A DNA stretch of 51,968 nt from Pseudomonadota bacterium. GTDB lineage: Bacteria > Bdellovibrionota_F > JAHFAK01 > JBDREC01. The position numbers and the translations under genes were made by a program. The DNA lies in contig JBDREC010000065.1 of the NCBI GenBank assembly GCA_043820105.1, positions 62,001-113,968 on the forward strand, in the 5' to 3' direction. How positions within the stretch are numbered: position 1 is the first letter of the stretch; every line of letters begins with the position of its first letter. A model generated the notes under the pieces. It was not told the origin of the DNA, made no database searches, and saw nothing but the letters and a program-made list of their open reading frames with translations. Shown here piece by piece: positions 37,970 to 47,314 of this stretch.

Positions 37970-38965
37970 ATGTATAAAATTTTTTCATCTATTCAACTTA
38001 GTGTTATTTTATTTTCTATTTTAATAATCTCTTCAATTTCGGGAACATTAATAAATCAAGAAAAGGCACTTGCATATATATATCATTCATGGTGGTATTT
38101 TTTGCTTTTAATCACATTAAGTATTAATTTAATCCTTTGCACATTAAAAAAAAGACATTATAGGATTAAATCTTTAGGATTTCTTTTAACCCATTTTGGA
38201 GTCCTGATAATTCTCCTTGGAGGCTTATTAAGTAATTTACTATGCGAAAAAGGAACTTTGTCCTTACGAGTTAAGCAAAAGTCTGACGTATTTTACATAA
38301 ATAAAAAACCACAAAAACTAGGTTTCACAATTGGCTTGGATAAATTTTTCATTGAATCTTATGACAATAATAAAATCCTAAATAATCTTGGCAGGCTTTT
38401 AATAAGAACAAAAGATAAACTAAAAGAACAAAGTTTTAATGTTGAACTTAACAAGGAATTTTCTTTTCTTGACGGCAAATATAAAGCCAAGATAACGCAA
38501 TTTGAACCAAACTTATTTTTTGATATTAAAGCTAAAAAAGTAAGAAGCAAAAATAAATTGCCTGAAAATCCGGCTATTCACGTTAGCATCATTTATAATG
38601 GTAAAAACTATAATCAATGGGTGTTTGCCAAATATCATGATTTGAAGATGGGAAAATCTAATTTAGACATTGATTTTGTTTATTTTTTTCAAAAGCACTC
38701 GACAAGAATCAAAGATTTTAAAAGCGACCTTTCAATTTATGAAGAAAACAAACTAATTCTGCAAAAAACAATAGAAGTAAATGATCCCCTTGAATATAAA
38801 GGATATAAATTTTATCAATCAAATTATGATCCTAAAAACATGATGTGGTCTGGACTCCGTGTTGTAAAAGATCCAGGAACAATATTTGTATATTTAGGTT
38901 TTTTAATTCTTTGTTTGGGAATACTATTTATTTTTTACTTAAAACCTTTTCTTAGAAAAGACTAA
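37970..38965 (+). CDS. resB: Cytochrome c biogenesis protein ResB/Ccs1 (system II)
   Basis: GTLI, IYHSWW, NLILC, THFG, VNDPL.YKG..FYQS, KDPG. Confidence 0.9.
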   Translation: MYKIFSSIQLSVILFSILIISSISGTLINQEKALAYIYHSWWYFLLLITLSINLILCTLKKRHYRIKSLGFLLTHFGVLIILLGGLLSNLLCEKGTLSLRVKQKSDVFYINKKPQKLGFTIGLDKFFIESYDNNKILNNLGRLLIRTKDKLKEQSFNVELNKEFSFLDGKYKAKITQFEPNLFFDIKAKKVRSKNKLPENPAIHVSIIYNGKNYNQWVFAKYHDLKMGKSNLDIDFVYFFQKHSTRIKDFKSDLSIYEENKLILQKTIEVNDPLEYKGYKFYQSNYDPKNMMWSGLRVVKDPGTIFVYLGFLILCLGILFIFYLKPFLRKD

Positions 38966-38988
38966 CATTTTATATTAAGGAATAGCCA

Positions 38989-39795
38989 ATGGATTTTAGC
39001 ACAGCAAATATTGCTTTTCTAACATATTTACTTGCAGCAATTATTTACTTTATATTTCTTCTTTCTGGCAACAACAAATCTTCTAAATTAGGATACTATA
39101 TATTAATTATTGCTCTTATACTGAACTTAATCACAATTATTCAAAGATGGATACTTGTTGCATATCCACCCTTTTCAAATATGTATGAAACAATGCTTGT
39201 TTGGGCTTGTTCAATTGCATTTTTCCAGATCATTTTTGAGAAAAAATATAATCTTTCAAGGATTGGTTTTTTCTCTTCGCTTTCAGCACTTCTTGTTTTG
39301 GCCTATGCCTCATTTTTTACTACAAAGGATATTTCTCCCCTTGTACCTGCACTGCAGAGCAATTGGCTGACAGTACATGTCATATCTTATTTCATCAGCT
39401 ATGGGGCTTTAGCTTTGTCATTTATTACCGCGATATATTTTGTAATTAATAAAAATTCTAAAATAGATTTTAGCAATATTACTTATAAATTAATATCTTT
39501 TGCATTTCCTTTTCTTACTATTGGATTAATAACCGGGTCAGTATGGGCAAAAGAAGCCTGGGGAGATTACTGGAGTTGGGATCCAAAAGAAATGTGGTCT
39601 TTAATCACCTGGTTATTGTATTTAAATTTTCTACATCTTCCAAAAACTCTTCCAAATGTTTTACGAAAGTTAAAGATTGATTTAAAATACAACAAATTGG
39701 TTATTAATATTTTTGCAATCATTGGCTTCTTATGTGTTGTCTTTACATATATTGGTGTTAACTATTTATTATCTGGTTTACATTCATATGCATAA
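38989..39795 (+). CDS. ccsA: Cytochrome c synthase CcsA/ResC (system II)
   Basis: LVPALQSNWLTVH, WWD motif GSVWAKEAWGDYWSWDPKE, C-terminal GLHSYA. Confidence 0.95.
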   Translation: MDFSTANIAFLTYLLAAIIYFIFLLSGNNKSSKLGYYILIIALILNLITIIQRWILVAYPPFSNMYETMLVWACSIAFFQIIFEKKYNLSRIGFFSSLSALLVLAYASFFTTKDISPLVPALQSNWLTVHVISYFISYGALALSFITAIYFVINKNSKIDFSNITYKLISFAFPFLTIGLITGSVWAKEAWGDYWSWDPKEMWSLITWLLYLNFLHLPKTLPNVLRKLKIDLKYNKLVINIFAIIGFLCVVFTYIGVNYLLSGLHSYA

Positions 39796-39808
39796 TATTA
39801 GGTGTTTA

Positions 39809-40996
39809 ATGCTTATCAATAGGAATTTATTAAAATTAATAAAACGATCTAAAATCAATATTTGTAGCCTTATTGTTTTGCTTTTTTTTCTTAGCATTTT
39901 CACTTTTGAAAATGGTTTTTGTGCCCAGAATAAATCTACTAATAATTCAGGTTGTCTAATGTGCCATAGATACCCTGCCCTTGGCAGATATAACGATAAG
40001 GGTGATATAGACATATATTATGTAGATGATCAGAATTTTGAAAAATCTGTCCATGGCATTTTAAATTGCACAGATTGCCATAAAGATATTACTAAAATCC
40101 CTCATGTTAATGCCAAGAAAGTTGATTGTTCAACAAAATGCCACCTTAAAGAACCATCAACTCAAAAAGAATTTTCTCATATAAATATGCATAATAAATT
40201 TGAAAGTAGTGTTCATAGCAAAATGCGAAATGGAAATTTAAAAGCAAACTACGAAGACCTACCAAGCTGCAAATATTGTCATAACAATCGAAAATTACAG
40301 GGCATGATAGATACTAAAAACTATAGAGATGAAGCCTTTTCTCAAGAGATCCTTACAAGGTGCAAAGGATGCCATACAAAACAGGGATGGGCCGACAGAT
40401 TCTTAAAACATTTATCAGATCGCACTTTAAGGAAAAGGTCCCAGTCAGAAATTGTATTTTTATGCGCCTCTTGCCATGAAGACCAGGAAAAAATGTCAAG
40501 ACATGGTCTTGAATCTGTCGCCACATTTAAGGATACTTTTCATTGGACGCTAGTAAAATATAATGTGCAAAATGCTCCTGATTGCATGAGTTGTCACATT
40601 CCCCGGGGATATTCAACTCATGATATAAAATTTAAAAATAATGATATCTCACCTATTAACAAAAATAATATAGTCAACACATGTTCAAATCAAGGTGGCA
40701 TGCAAACTTGCCATCCAGACGCTACAGAATATTTCGCAAAAGGTCGTGTACATGCTTATGGTGAAAAAGCAAAATTATTAAGCAATAATGAGGTTCAATC
40801 AGAAGATTCTATTCTTTTTGAAAGAGCCAAAAATGAACTTTCAAAAGATGATATTCTTAAATATAAGATTTTAAAGTTTCTAACTTTAATTTATAAGTTA
40901 TTTATTGCTATGGTGATCTTCCCAATGTTTGTACATCAAGTATTAGATTATAATAGAATTAAAATAAATATTAAAAAAACAAAAAAAAGGACTTGA
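39809..40996 (+). CDS. Multiheme cytochrome c with C-terminal TM anchor (6 CXXCH + CX3CH + CX8CH)
   Basis: CLMCH, CTDCH, CSTKCH, CKYCH, CKGCH, CASCH, CMSCH, CSNQGGMQTCH; TM containing His (MFVHQ); start reassigned to 39809. Confidence 0.9.
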   Translation: MLINRNLLKLIKRSKINICSLIVLLFFLSIFTFENGFCAQNKSTNNSGCLMCHRYPALGRYNDKGDIDIYYVDDQNFEKSVHGILNCTDCHKDITKIPHVNAKKVDCSTKCHLKEPSTQKEFSHINMHNKFESSVHSKMRNGNLKANYEDLPSCKYCHNNRKLQGMIDTKNYRDEAFSQEILTRCKGCHTKQGWADRFLKHLSDRTLRKRSQSEIVFLCASCHEDQEKMSRHGLESVATFKDTFHWTLVKYNVQNAPDCMSCHIPRGYSTHDIKFKNNDISPINKNNIVNTCSNQGGMQTCHPDATEYFAKGRVHAYGEKAKLLSNNEVQSEDSILFERAKNELSKDDILKYKILKFLTLIYKLFIAMVIFPMFVHQVLDYNRIKINIKKTKKRT

Positions 40997-41751
40997 GTAA
41001 AAACTCAACAGTTAGGGTTAAAACAATGGCAACAAATATTGATAAAAAGCACAATGAAAAAATATACTTTATAAGATTAAACCTAAATGAACGAATACAA
41101 CATGGAATATTTTTTAGTTGTTTTTTTACGTTAGCCTTAACTGGTTTTATGATTTATATTCCTGAAGATATTGTTGCTTTATTTGGAAAGTTTGGTGAGA
41201 CAATCTTTTTATACAGAAGCCTTGTACATAGAATTGCTGCAGTGATAATGGTATTGGTATGTGCTTATCATTTGTTTTATTTACTTTTTAAAAAAACCGG
41301 TCGCTTATTTTTAGTCGATATGTTTCCAAGATTCAAAGATGTTTTCGATATTAAAGATAATTTGCTTTATTACATTGGATTCAAAAAAGAAGCGCCTGAA
41401 TTTGACAGGTTTTCATACAAACAAAAAGCTGAATACGGTGCTTTAATAGCTGGAAACACTTTAATGACATTAAGTGGATTAATTCTATGGTTTGAAGCTT
41501 ATTGGTATAAATTTATTATTGATATAGCAAAAGTGGTTCATGGAATGGAAGCTGTCCTAGCTTGTCTTGCTATTATTATTTGGCATTTATATGAAGTCCA
41601 TCTTAAACCAAGAAAATTTCCAATTGATAGTCTTTGGATAACAGGAATCATTGATGAAGAAGAAATGAAAGAAGAATATCCTATGCACTATAAAAGGATT
41701 ATGAAAGATCCGAAATTAAAGGATATATTTATATATAAACAAAAAAATTAA
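40993..41751 (+). CDS. Di-heme cytochrome b (FdnI/Ni-hydrogenase cytochrome b fold; CbcB-like)
   Basis: 4 TMs with His ligands (ERIQH, VHRIAA, YHL, VVHG, WHLY); start may be 41026. Confidence 0.9.
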   Translation: MSKNSTVRVKTMATNIDKKHNEKIYFIRLNLNERIQHGIFFSCFFTLALTGFMIYIPEDIVALFGKFGETIFLYRSLVHRIAAVIMVLVCAYHLFYLLFKKTGRLFLVDMFPRFKDVFDIKDNLLYYIGFKKEAPEFDRFSYKQKAEYGALIAGNTLMTLSGLILWFEAYWYKFIIDIAKVVHGMEAVLACLAIIIWHLYEVHLKPRKFPIDSLWITGIIDEEEMKEEYPMHYKRIMKDPKLKDIFIYKQKN

Positions 41752-41756
41752 TTACT

Positions 41757-42584
41757 TTGAAAAAAGAACCAATTATGATGAAATTTGTTAACTTAATATT
41801 AGTAATCTTTGAACGAACAATAGTAAATTTGATAAAATTAATATATCTATCTCCCATATTACTTTTTGCCTTATTTCTACTGGTGCATCTATATTATCCA
41901 GAATTAATCTACAAAAACAAGGGTGTTTCCTCTAATAAAACAGATCGTAGTGAAGACATGTTAAAAAGAATAAAGGCCGACAAAAAGCCAATATCAAGAT
42001 ATCATTTTCATATTGTTGATGAATACATCCCAACCATGGCCAAAAGCAAACCTTCATGCTACTCTTGTCATGGAACATATGCTCATTATAAAGATAAAAA
42101 AACTGGATCCGTTCTTAACATGCATTCTGGATATATAGATTGCACAGTTTGCCATGTAAAGAAACAAGACATGCCAGATGAAAGATTCAGAATTCATTGG
42201 GTTGATAATGCTTCCTCAGAAACTATAAAAAAACCAATTGGACAGTTTGGAAAATATTCAGGAAAAATTTCTCTATTTCATTATGAAAATAACTGGCTAG
42301 AAAAATATGAACCTATAGATTCAATTTTAATAAATAAATTTTTACGCTCTATTGATAAAAGTGATGATTATAAAAAAGGGAAAAGAAAAGATGTACTTCA
42401 CCAAAAAATATCAAAAAAAGCTGTGTCTTGCAAAGAGTGTCATAATAAAGACGGGTATCTAAATTTTACTGTGCTTGGGTATTCTGAAAACAGAATAAAT
42501 TATCTGTCTTCTTCTGAATTATTTGGTATTTTTACAAACTATGAAGTCTTTTATTTGCCTGCATTAATTAAATCAGACATATAA
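41757..42584 (+). CDS. Membrane-anchored triheme cytochrome c
   Basis: CYSCH, CTVCH, CKECH; N-terminal TM. Confidence 0.85.
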   Translation: MKKEPIMMKFVNLILVIFERTIVNLIKLIYLSPILLFALFLLVHLYYPELIYKNKGVSSNKTDRSEDMLKRIKADKKPISRYHFHIVDEYIPTMAKSKPSCYSCHGTYAHYKDKKTGSVLNMHSGYIDCTVCHVKKQDMPDERFRIHWVDNASSETIKKPIGQFGKYSGKISLFHYENNWLEKYEPIDSILINKFLRSIDKSDDYKKGKRKDVLHQKISKKAVSCKECHNKDGYLNFTVLGYSENRINYLSSSELFGIFTNYEVFYLPALIKSDI

Positions 42585-42588
42585 TTTT

Positions 42589-42882
42589 TTATTCAGAAGC
42601 AGTGTCAGAGCCATTGCTTCCATGACATCTTGTGCAACTTGAAGATCCGGCTGAAACAACAAATGTCCTTGTTGACTCATTGTCTAAATGTATGTTTTCA
42701 ATATGATGACACATTATACATTCACTATACCCCCAACCTCCAATGTGATTTTCTTTTATTAAAATGATGCCATTTGCTTCTAAGTCTGAATATTCTTCTC
42801 CCTGATTTTCTGAACCACAAGAAAAAAGAAATATAATGATTATGCTAAAAAAAATAGCTATCTTTATTATATTTCTATTCAT
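42589..42882 (-). CDS. Small diheme cytochrome c lipoprotein
   Basis: Start reassigned to ATG 42882 (GAGGTG RBS); lipobox LFS-C; CIMCH, CTRCH. Confidence 0.85.
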   Translation of the reverse strand: MNRNIIKIAIFFSIIIIFLFSCGSENQGEEYSDLEANGIILIKENHIGGWGYSECIMCHHIENIHLDNESTRTFVVSAGSSSCTRCHGSNGSDTASE

Positions 42883-43420
42883 AATTAACACCTCTTGAAT
42901 TATGACAGTCAGTACAATAGTTTGTTTTATGACACCTAATACATTTATAAGGATTTTTTCTAACTTTAATTGAGTGATAAAATATAAAATTATTATTATG
43001 ATATTTTCTTTTAACCTTATCACGTTTACTATGACAAGCAGTACAATCACTTGTCTTATGGCACTTATTGCATCTACCTGCATGTAGTTGTGCCTTATTA
43101 GCGTGTTTACTTTTCCAGAAATAATTATGATCTCGGGGAATAACCTTGGCTATTCCAGTTTCATGACAGCTTATACATTTCGTTTCGAGCTTAATTTCTT
43201 TTCGATTTTTATGTGGAATATGGCAAAAGCTACAGTGAATATTTTTTTTCTTAAAGGAGCTTAAGTGATTTTTGTGAGAAAAGAGATCTTTTAATTTAAC
43301 AACATCATCACCATATAAAAAATGTACAAGAAAGCTTAAAAAAACAAACAAAATTAGAGTAATTAAACCCTTTTGCGTTAAATTAGTTAATAAATTATTT
43401 CCAAACATTAATTTTTTCAT
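42875..43420 (-). CDS. Basic hexaheme cytochrome c
   Basis: CSFCH, CISCH, CNKCH, CTACH, CIRCH, CTDCH; signal or TM segment; start uncertain. Confidence 0.88.
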   Translation of the reverse strand: MKKLMFGNNLLTNLTQKGLITLILFVFLSFLVHFLYGDDVVKLKDLFSHKNHLSSFKKKNIHCSFCHIPHKNRKEIKLETKCISCHETGIAKVIPRDHNYFWKSKHANKAQLHAGRCNKCHKTSDCTACHSKRDKVKRKYHNNNFIFYHSIKVRKNPYKCIRCHKTNYCTDCHNSRGVNYE

Positions 43421-43441
43421 CAAATAAATTTTTTCCAAAAG

Positions 43442-44653
43442 TTAAAAATAAACATAATTTAAAGCAAAGCCTGCCCTATAATCATGGTTTATTTCATCAT
43501 TAGAGTTATATTCAAAATAAAGCTTAAGATTCATATTTTTTGTAAATTTTAAATTAAGCCATGAATGAGTAGCGAGGCTAATTCCAGATTCACTTGTAAT
43601 CTTTTCATAATCTATTAATGACACTATTAAATTAAAGCTTAAGTTTTGTAATAATTCAGCTGATTCAATGATATTAGCTCCGTGCCCTGTTCCCCCATAG
43701 CTGTTTAAATAAAAGTATGAAAGGGTTGTTGTAAACTTATCAATGAGCCTTGGAAAGCAAACACCAGATTCTAGATTATAACCATCTGTGCTAACATTTT
43801 CAAAATAATCATATTGGGAAAAGGAAACTTCTTCAAACAAAGTAATAAATGAAAATGGACTAAAATCAGCTGATGCAAAGGCCTCAACAATCGGTCCATC
43901 TGCAAAAAAGGATAAAATGGAATCTGCATCAAGACCTTGTTTCGATAAATCATATCTGCCAACACCTACATCTAACTTCAAATTATCAAGAGGCAAAAAT
44001 TCTATTCCTCCACTTAGATTTTCTAAAGTATTATTTGATACTTCATAAATAGAATTAAAATAAAAATTGGGAAAACTGTAAATCATAAATTGATAATCAC
44101 TTGCCAAAGCAAAGGTATTTGTAAATTCACCATTTAAGTCATTTTCAAATTCGTATTGGAAAGAGGATGATAAATTATCTAATCTGTTAATTATAAAGCG
44201 TGTCCCTAAAACAAAATTACCATTTTCAAAATTATCTTCCTCAACGAATCTTTTAACTCCAGTAAAAAAATTAAATTCAATATTTTTATTAGGCTTATAA
44301 TCAAGCAAAACTCCATCAAAGGTTTTATATTCAAATGTATCAGCTTGGCTTATCCTGCCAAGCTTAACGCTGATTTGATTTAAAAGTTTAGACAATTCAA
44401 GAGAGCTATTATAAAGATTGAAGGAATAATCACCTAAAGCAGGATCTCCATAAACATCAAGATCTAATTTTGTATTTAAAAAACCCTCATAGTTAGTGGA
44501 TTCAAGAAACAAATATTGTCTGAGGGGAATATTAAACTTGCTTGTTTCATCAGACCTGAGCTGGGAAATAAATTCAGTATTAATATAAAGTGGATATAAA
44601 TTTAGCGCTAGTAATATAAAAATAAAATAACTTAGAGAGATTAGCTTTTTCAT
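43442..44653 (-). CDS. Outer-membrane beta-barrel (porin of a porin-cytochrome complex)
   Basis: Signal peptide, amphipathic aromatic-rich strands, C-terminal AGFALNYVYF; flanked by cytochrome genes. Confidence 0.8.
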   Translation of the reverse strand: MKKLISLSYFIFILLALNLYPLYINTEFISQLRSDETSKFNIPLRQYLFLESTNYEGFLNTKLDLDVYGDPALGDYSFNLYNSSLELSKLLNQISVKLGRISQADTFEYKTFDGVLLDYKPNKNIEFNFFTGVKRFVEEDNFENGNFVLGTRFIINRLDNLSSSFQYEFENDLNGEFTNTFALASDYQFMIYSFPNFYFNSIYEVSNNTLENLSGGIEFLPLDNLKLDVGVGRYDLSKQGLDADSILSFFADGPIVEAFASADFSPFSFITLFEEVSFSQYDYFENVSTDGYNLESGVCFPRLIDKFTTTLSYFYLNSYGGTGHGANIIESAELLQNLSFNLIVSLIDYEKITSESGISLATHSWLNLKFTKNMNLKLYFEYNSNDEINHDYRAGFALNYVYF

Positions 44654-44685
44654 ATCATCCAAAAAGTCTTATTAAATTTAGCGTA

Positions 44686-47235
44686 CTAATCACATGGCAT
44701 TGGTAGCTGATGACAATCATGGCAAGTTGGAAATCCAGCGTCAAAATCTGAATGCATATGGCAATCTGTACAATCTCTGCCAGCAATATATGCATAACAA
44801 CCATCATAATCTGTGTGTGCAGAACCACTGCCATCATTTCTAAAATATTGTGTTGTTGTATGACAAACCTCACAAATACCGTCATAAACTTCATCCCCAT
44901 CTGCAAAAGAATTTGGACCATCATTATCAAAAAATTTCACTTCCCTGCCATCAATTACAGTTCGTATATATTTTCCATAAGTTGCTCCATAATCTCTTTC
45001 TTGCTCCTGTATATGTGGCTCATGACAATCAATACAATAAGCTAAAACAGAAACCCGATCATATACTTTATGATTAGCTGCTTGCCCCTCACTATGACAA
45101 TCATCACAGTCTTCAATATCGCCCTCTCCCACATGACAACTTGTACAATAAATACTGTTTGCAGAATCATGTGGAGGATCTTGATAAGCTGGAACATCAG
45201 TATGGCACTCAGCACTATTACATGAAACAATTTCTTCATCAACAGCGTAATCAAGCTCATGACATCCTATACAGGCATCAATTGTATTTGCCTCTAACAC
45301 TGTACTTCCATGATTGGCCCATTGATCCCAATTATCTGCATGAGGATATGTAGAATGACATGTATAGCATGAAATCCCAGATTCTCCTCCCAGGTAATCC
45401 TCACCATGGCAAACTGTTGCACAATCTGAAGGATTATTCTCTAAAACGTAATCCCCATGTTCATCGCCATCCTCCCAATCTTCATTATGAGGATAACCAG
45501 GATGACATGTATAGCACGAAACTCCGCTTTGACCACCCTCATTGTCTTCTCCATGACATTCTGTTGCACAATTATCAGGACCTGCCTCAATTGCATATGC
45601 TCCATGATTTTCACTCAAAACCCAATTTGGGTCATGAGGATATGAAGAATGACAAGATGAACAACTGGTTTCGGATTCTCCTCCTTCAAAGTCTTCTCCA
45701 TGACAGTTGGTTGCACAGGAAGAAATTCCATTATCATCAACATATGAACCATGATTGGCGATATTTTCCCAATTATCAGAATGAGGATATAATTCATGAC
45801 AGGAATAGCAAGAAGTCTCCGACTCCCCTCCATCATAAGCTTCGCCATGACATACACCAGCACAATTTGACAAATCATTTTGCACTACATAAACACCATG
45901 ACTGCTTGAAGCATCCCAACCTTCTGCATGTGGATAAGAAACATGACAACTTGAACAGGAAATACCTGAATCCCCGCCTGTGAAATCTTCTCCATGACAA
46001 TTGCTTGCACAAGAGTCATTACCATTTTCATCAACATAACTTCCATGCGCTGAATATTCATCCCAACCATCTGAATGTGGATAAAGCTCATGACATGAGT
46101 GACATGATATTTCAGATTCACCACCTTCAAGCTCATCACCATGACAATCTGAAGCACATGATGAAAGTTCATTCTCTATTGCGTACAAACCATGACTACT
46201 TGCTTCACTCCATCCCCCCTCATGTGGATATATATCGTGACAACTAGAGCATGATATATTAGTATCTCCACCTGACAAATCATCACCATGACAGTCTGTA
46301 GCACACGTTGAGCTTTCATTCTCATCAACATAAGATCCATGTCCAATTATATCTTCCCAATCTTCTTCATGTGGATATAGTTCATGGCAAGAATAGCAAG
46401 ACACATCTGATTCACCGCCCGTAAAATCCTCTCCATGACATGCAGAAGAACAAAAGAAATTCCCATTTTCTAATACATAAAACCCGTGATTTTCTTTATC
46501 TTCCCAATTATCATCATGTGGATAACCAGTATGACAATAGTTACAAGAAATTCCTGAATCGCCTCCTGCCAAATCTTCTCCGTGACAATTTGAGGCACAA
46601 CTTGAAGTTGTATTTTCAATAATAAATTGTCCATGTTCATTGGCTCTTGACCATGTTTTGCCATGAGGATAATTTAAATGACAACTATAACAGGAGGTCT
46701 CTGACTCTCCCCCACCATAATCACTTCCATGACAACTTGTTGAACATGAAGATGTGCTATTTTCAATTACATATTCTCCATGATTTGCATATTGAAACCA
46801 ATTTGAATCATGTGGAAAAATACTGTGACAACTAGTACATGATAAATTAGAATCTCCACCGCTTAAATCTTCACCATGGCACTTTGTAGCACATGAACTA
46901 GAGGTATTTTCATCAACATACCTTCCATGATTCTCAATATCAGACCAGCTACCTTCATGCGGATACAAAGCATGACAAGAGAAGCAGGATATTCCTGAAC
47001 TACCACCTGTAAAATCTGCTCCATGACAATCTCCGGTTAAACAAGATCCTGAATTATTTTCTATTATATATTTTCCATGAATATCAGGGTTTCCCCAATC
47101 AGTAGAAAAATGAGAATAAAATACTTCACTTGCTTCACTAGCAGATTCTTGGCTTGTATCGACTATTGACCTTTCACAGCCAATAAAGACAAAAAATGCT
47201 GATAAAATTGTTAATAATATTATTGATTTATTCAT
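44686..47235 (-). CDS. Acidic repetitive multiheme cytochrome c lipoprotein (19 CXXCH + 11 CX3CH + 2 CX4CH)
   Basis: MNKSIILLTILSAFFVFIG-C lipoprotein signal from ATG 47235; twelve ~49-aa repeats; motifs counted by hand. Confidence 0.92.
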   Translation of the reverse strand: MNKSIILLTILSAFFVFIGCERSIVDTSQESASEASEVFYSHFSTDWGNPDIHGKYIIENNSGSCLTGDCHGADFTGGSSGISCFSCHALYPHEGSWSDIENHGRYVDENTSSSCATKCHGEDLSGGDSNLSCTSCHSIFPHDSNWFQYANHGEYVIENSTSSCSTSCHGSDYGGGESETSCYSCHLNYPHGKTWSRANEHGQFIIENTTSSCASNCHGEDLAGGDSGISCNYCHTGYPHDDNWEDKENHGFYVLENGNFFCSSACHGEDFTGGESDVSCYSCHELYPHEEDWEDIIGHGSYVDENESSTCATDCHGDDLSGGDTNISCSSCHDIYPHEGGWSEASSHGLYAIENELSSCASDCHGDELEGGESEISCHSCHELYPHSDGWDEYSAHGSYVDENGNDSCASNCHGEDFTGGDSGISCSSCHVSYPHAEGWDASSSHGVYVVQNDLSNCAGVCHGEAYDGGESETSCYSCHELYPHSDNWENIANHGSYVDDNGISSCATNCHGEDFEGGESETSCSSCHSSYPHDPNWVLSENHGAYAIEAGPDNCATECHGEDNEGGQSGVSCYTCHPGYPHNEDWEDGDEHGDYVLENNPSDCATVCHGEDYLGGESGISCYTCHSTYPHADNWDQWANHGSTVLEANTIDACIGCHELDYAVDEEIVSCNSAECHTDVPAYQDPPHDSANSIYCTSCHVGEGDIEDCDDCHSEGQAANHKVYDRVSVLAYCIDCHEPHIQEQERDYGATYGKYIRTVIDGREVKFFDNDGPNSFADGDEVYDGICEVCHTTTQYFRNDGSGSAHTDYDGCYAYIAGRDCTDCHMHSDFDAGFPTCHDCHQLPMPCD
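45313..47079 (-). repeat. Twelve intragenic ~147-bp diverged repeats encoding diheme modules
   Basis: Consensus HG.Y..EN...CA..CHG.D..GG.S..SC..CH..YPH...W; first unit 50 aa, the others 49 aa. Confidence 0.95.
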
Positions 47236-47314
47236 TTTCACACAACAAATGTTTATTAAACTGGTATACATTTATAGACGCATCCTGTCAAGCACAAAAC
47301 ATCCACTAGCTATA

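Noticed and set aside
44655-46835. Many short His-rich or hydrophobic ORFs overlapping the large cytochrome
   Set aside because: Shadow frames of the repetitive Cys/His/Asp codons
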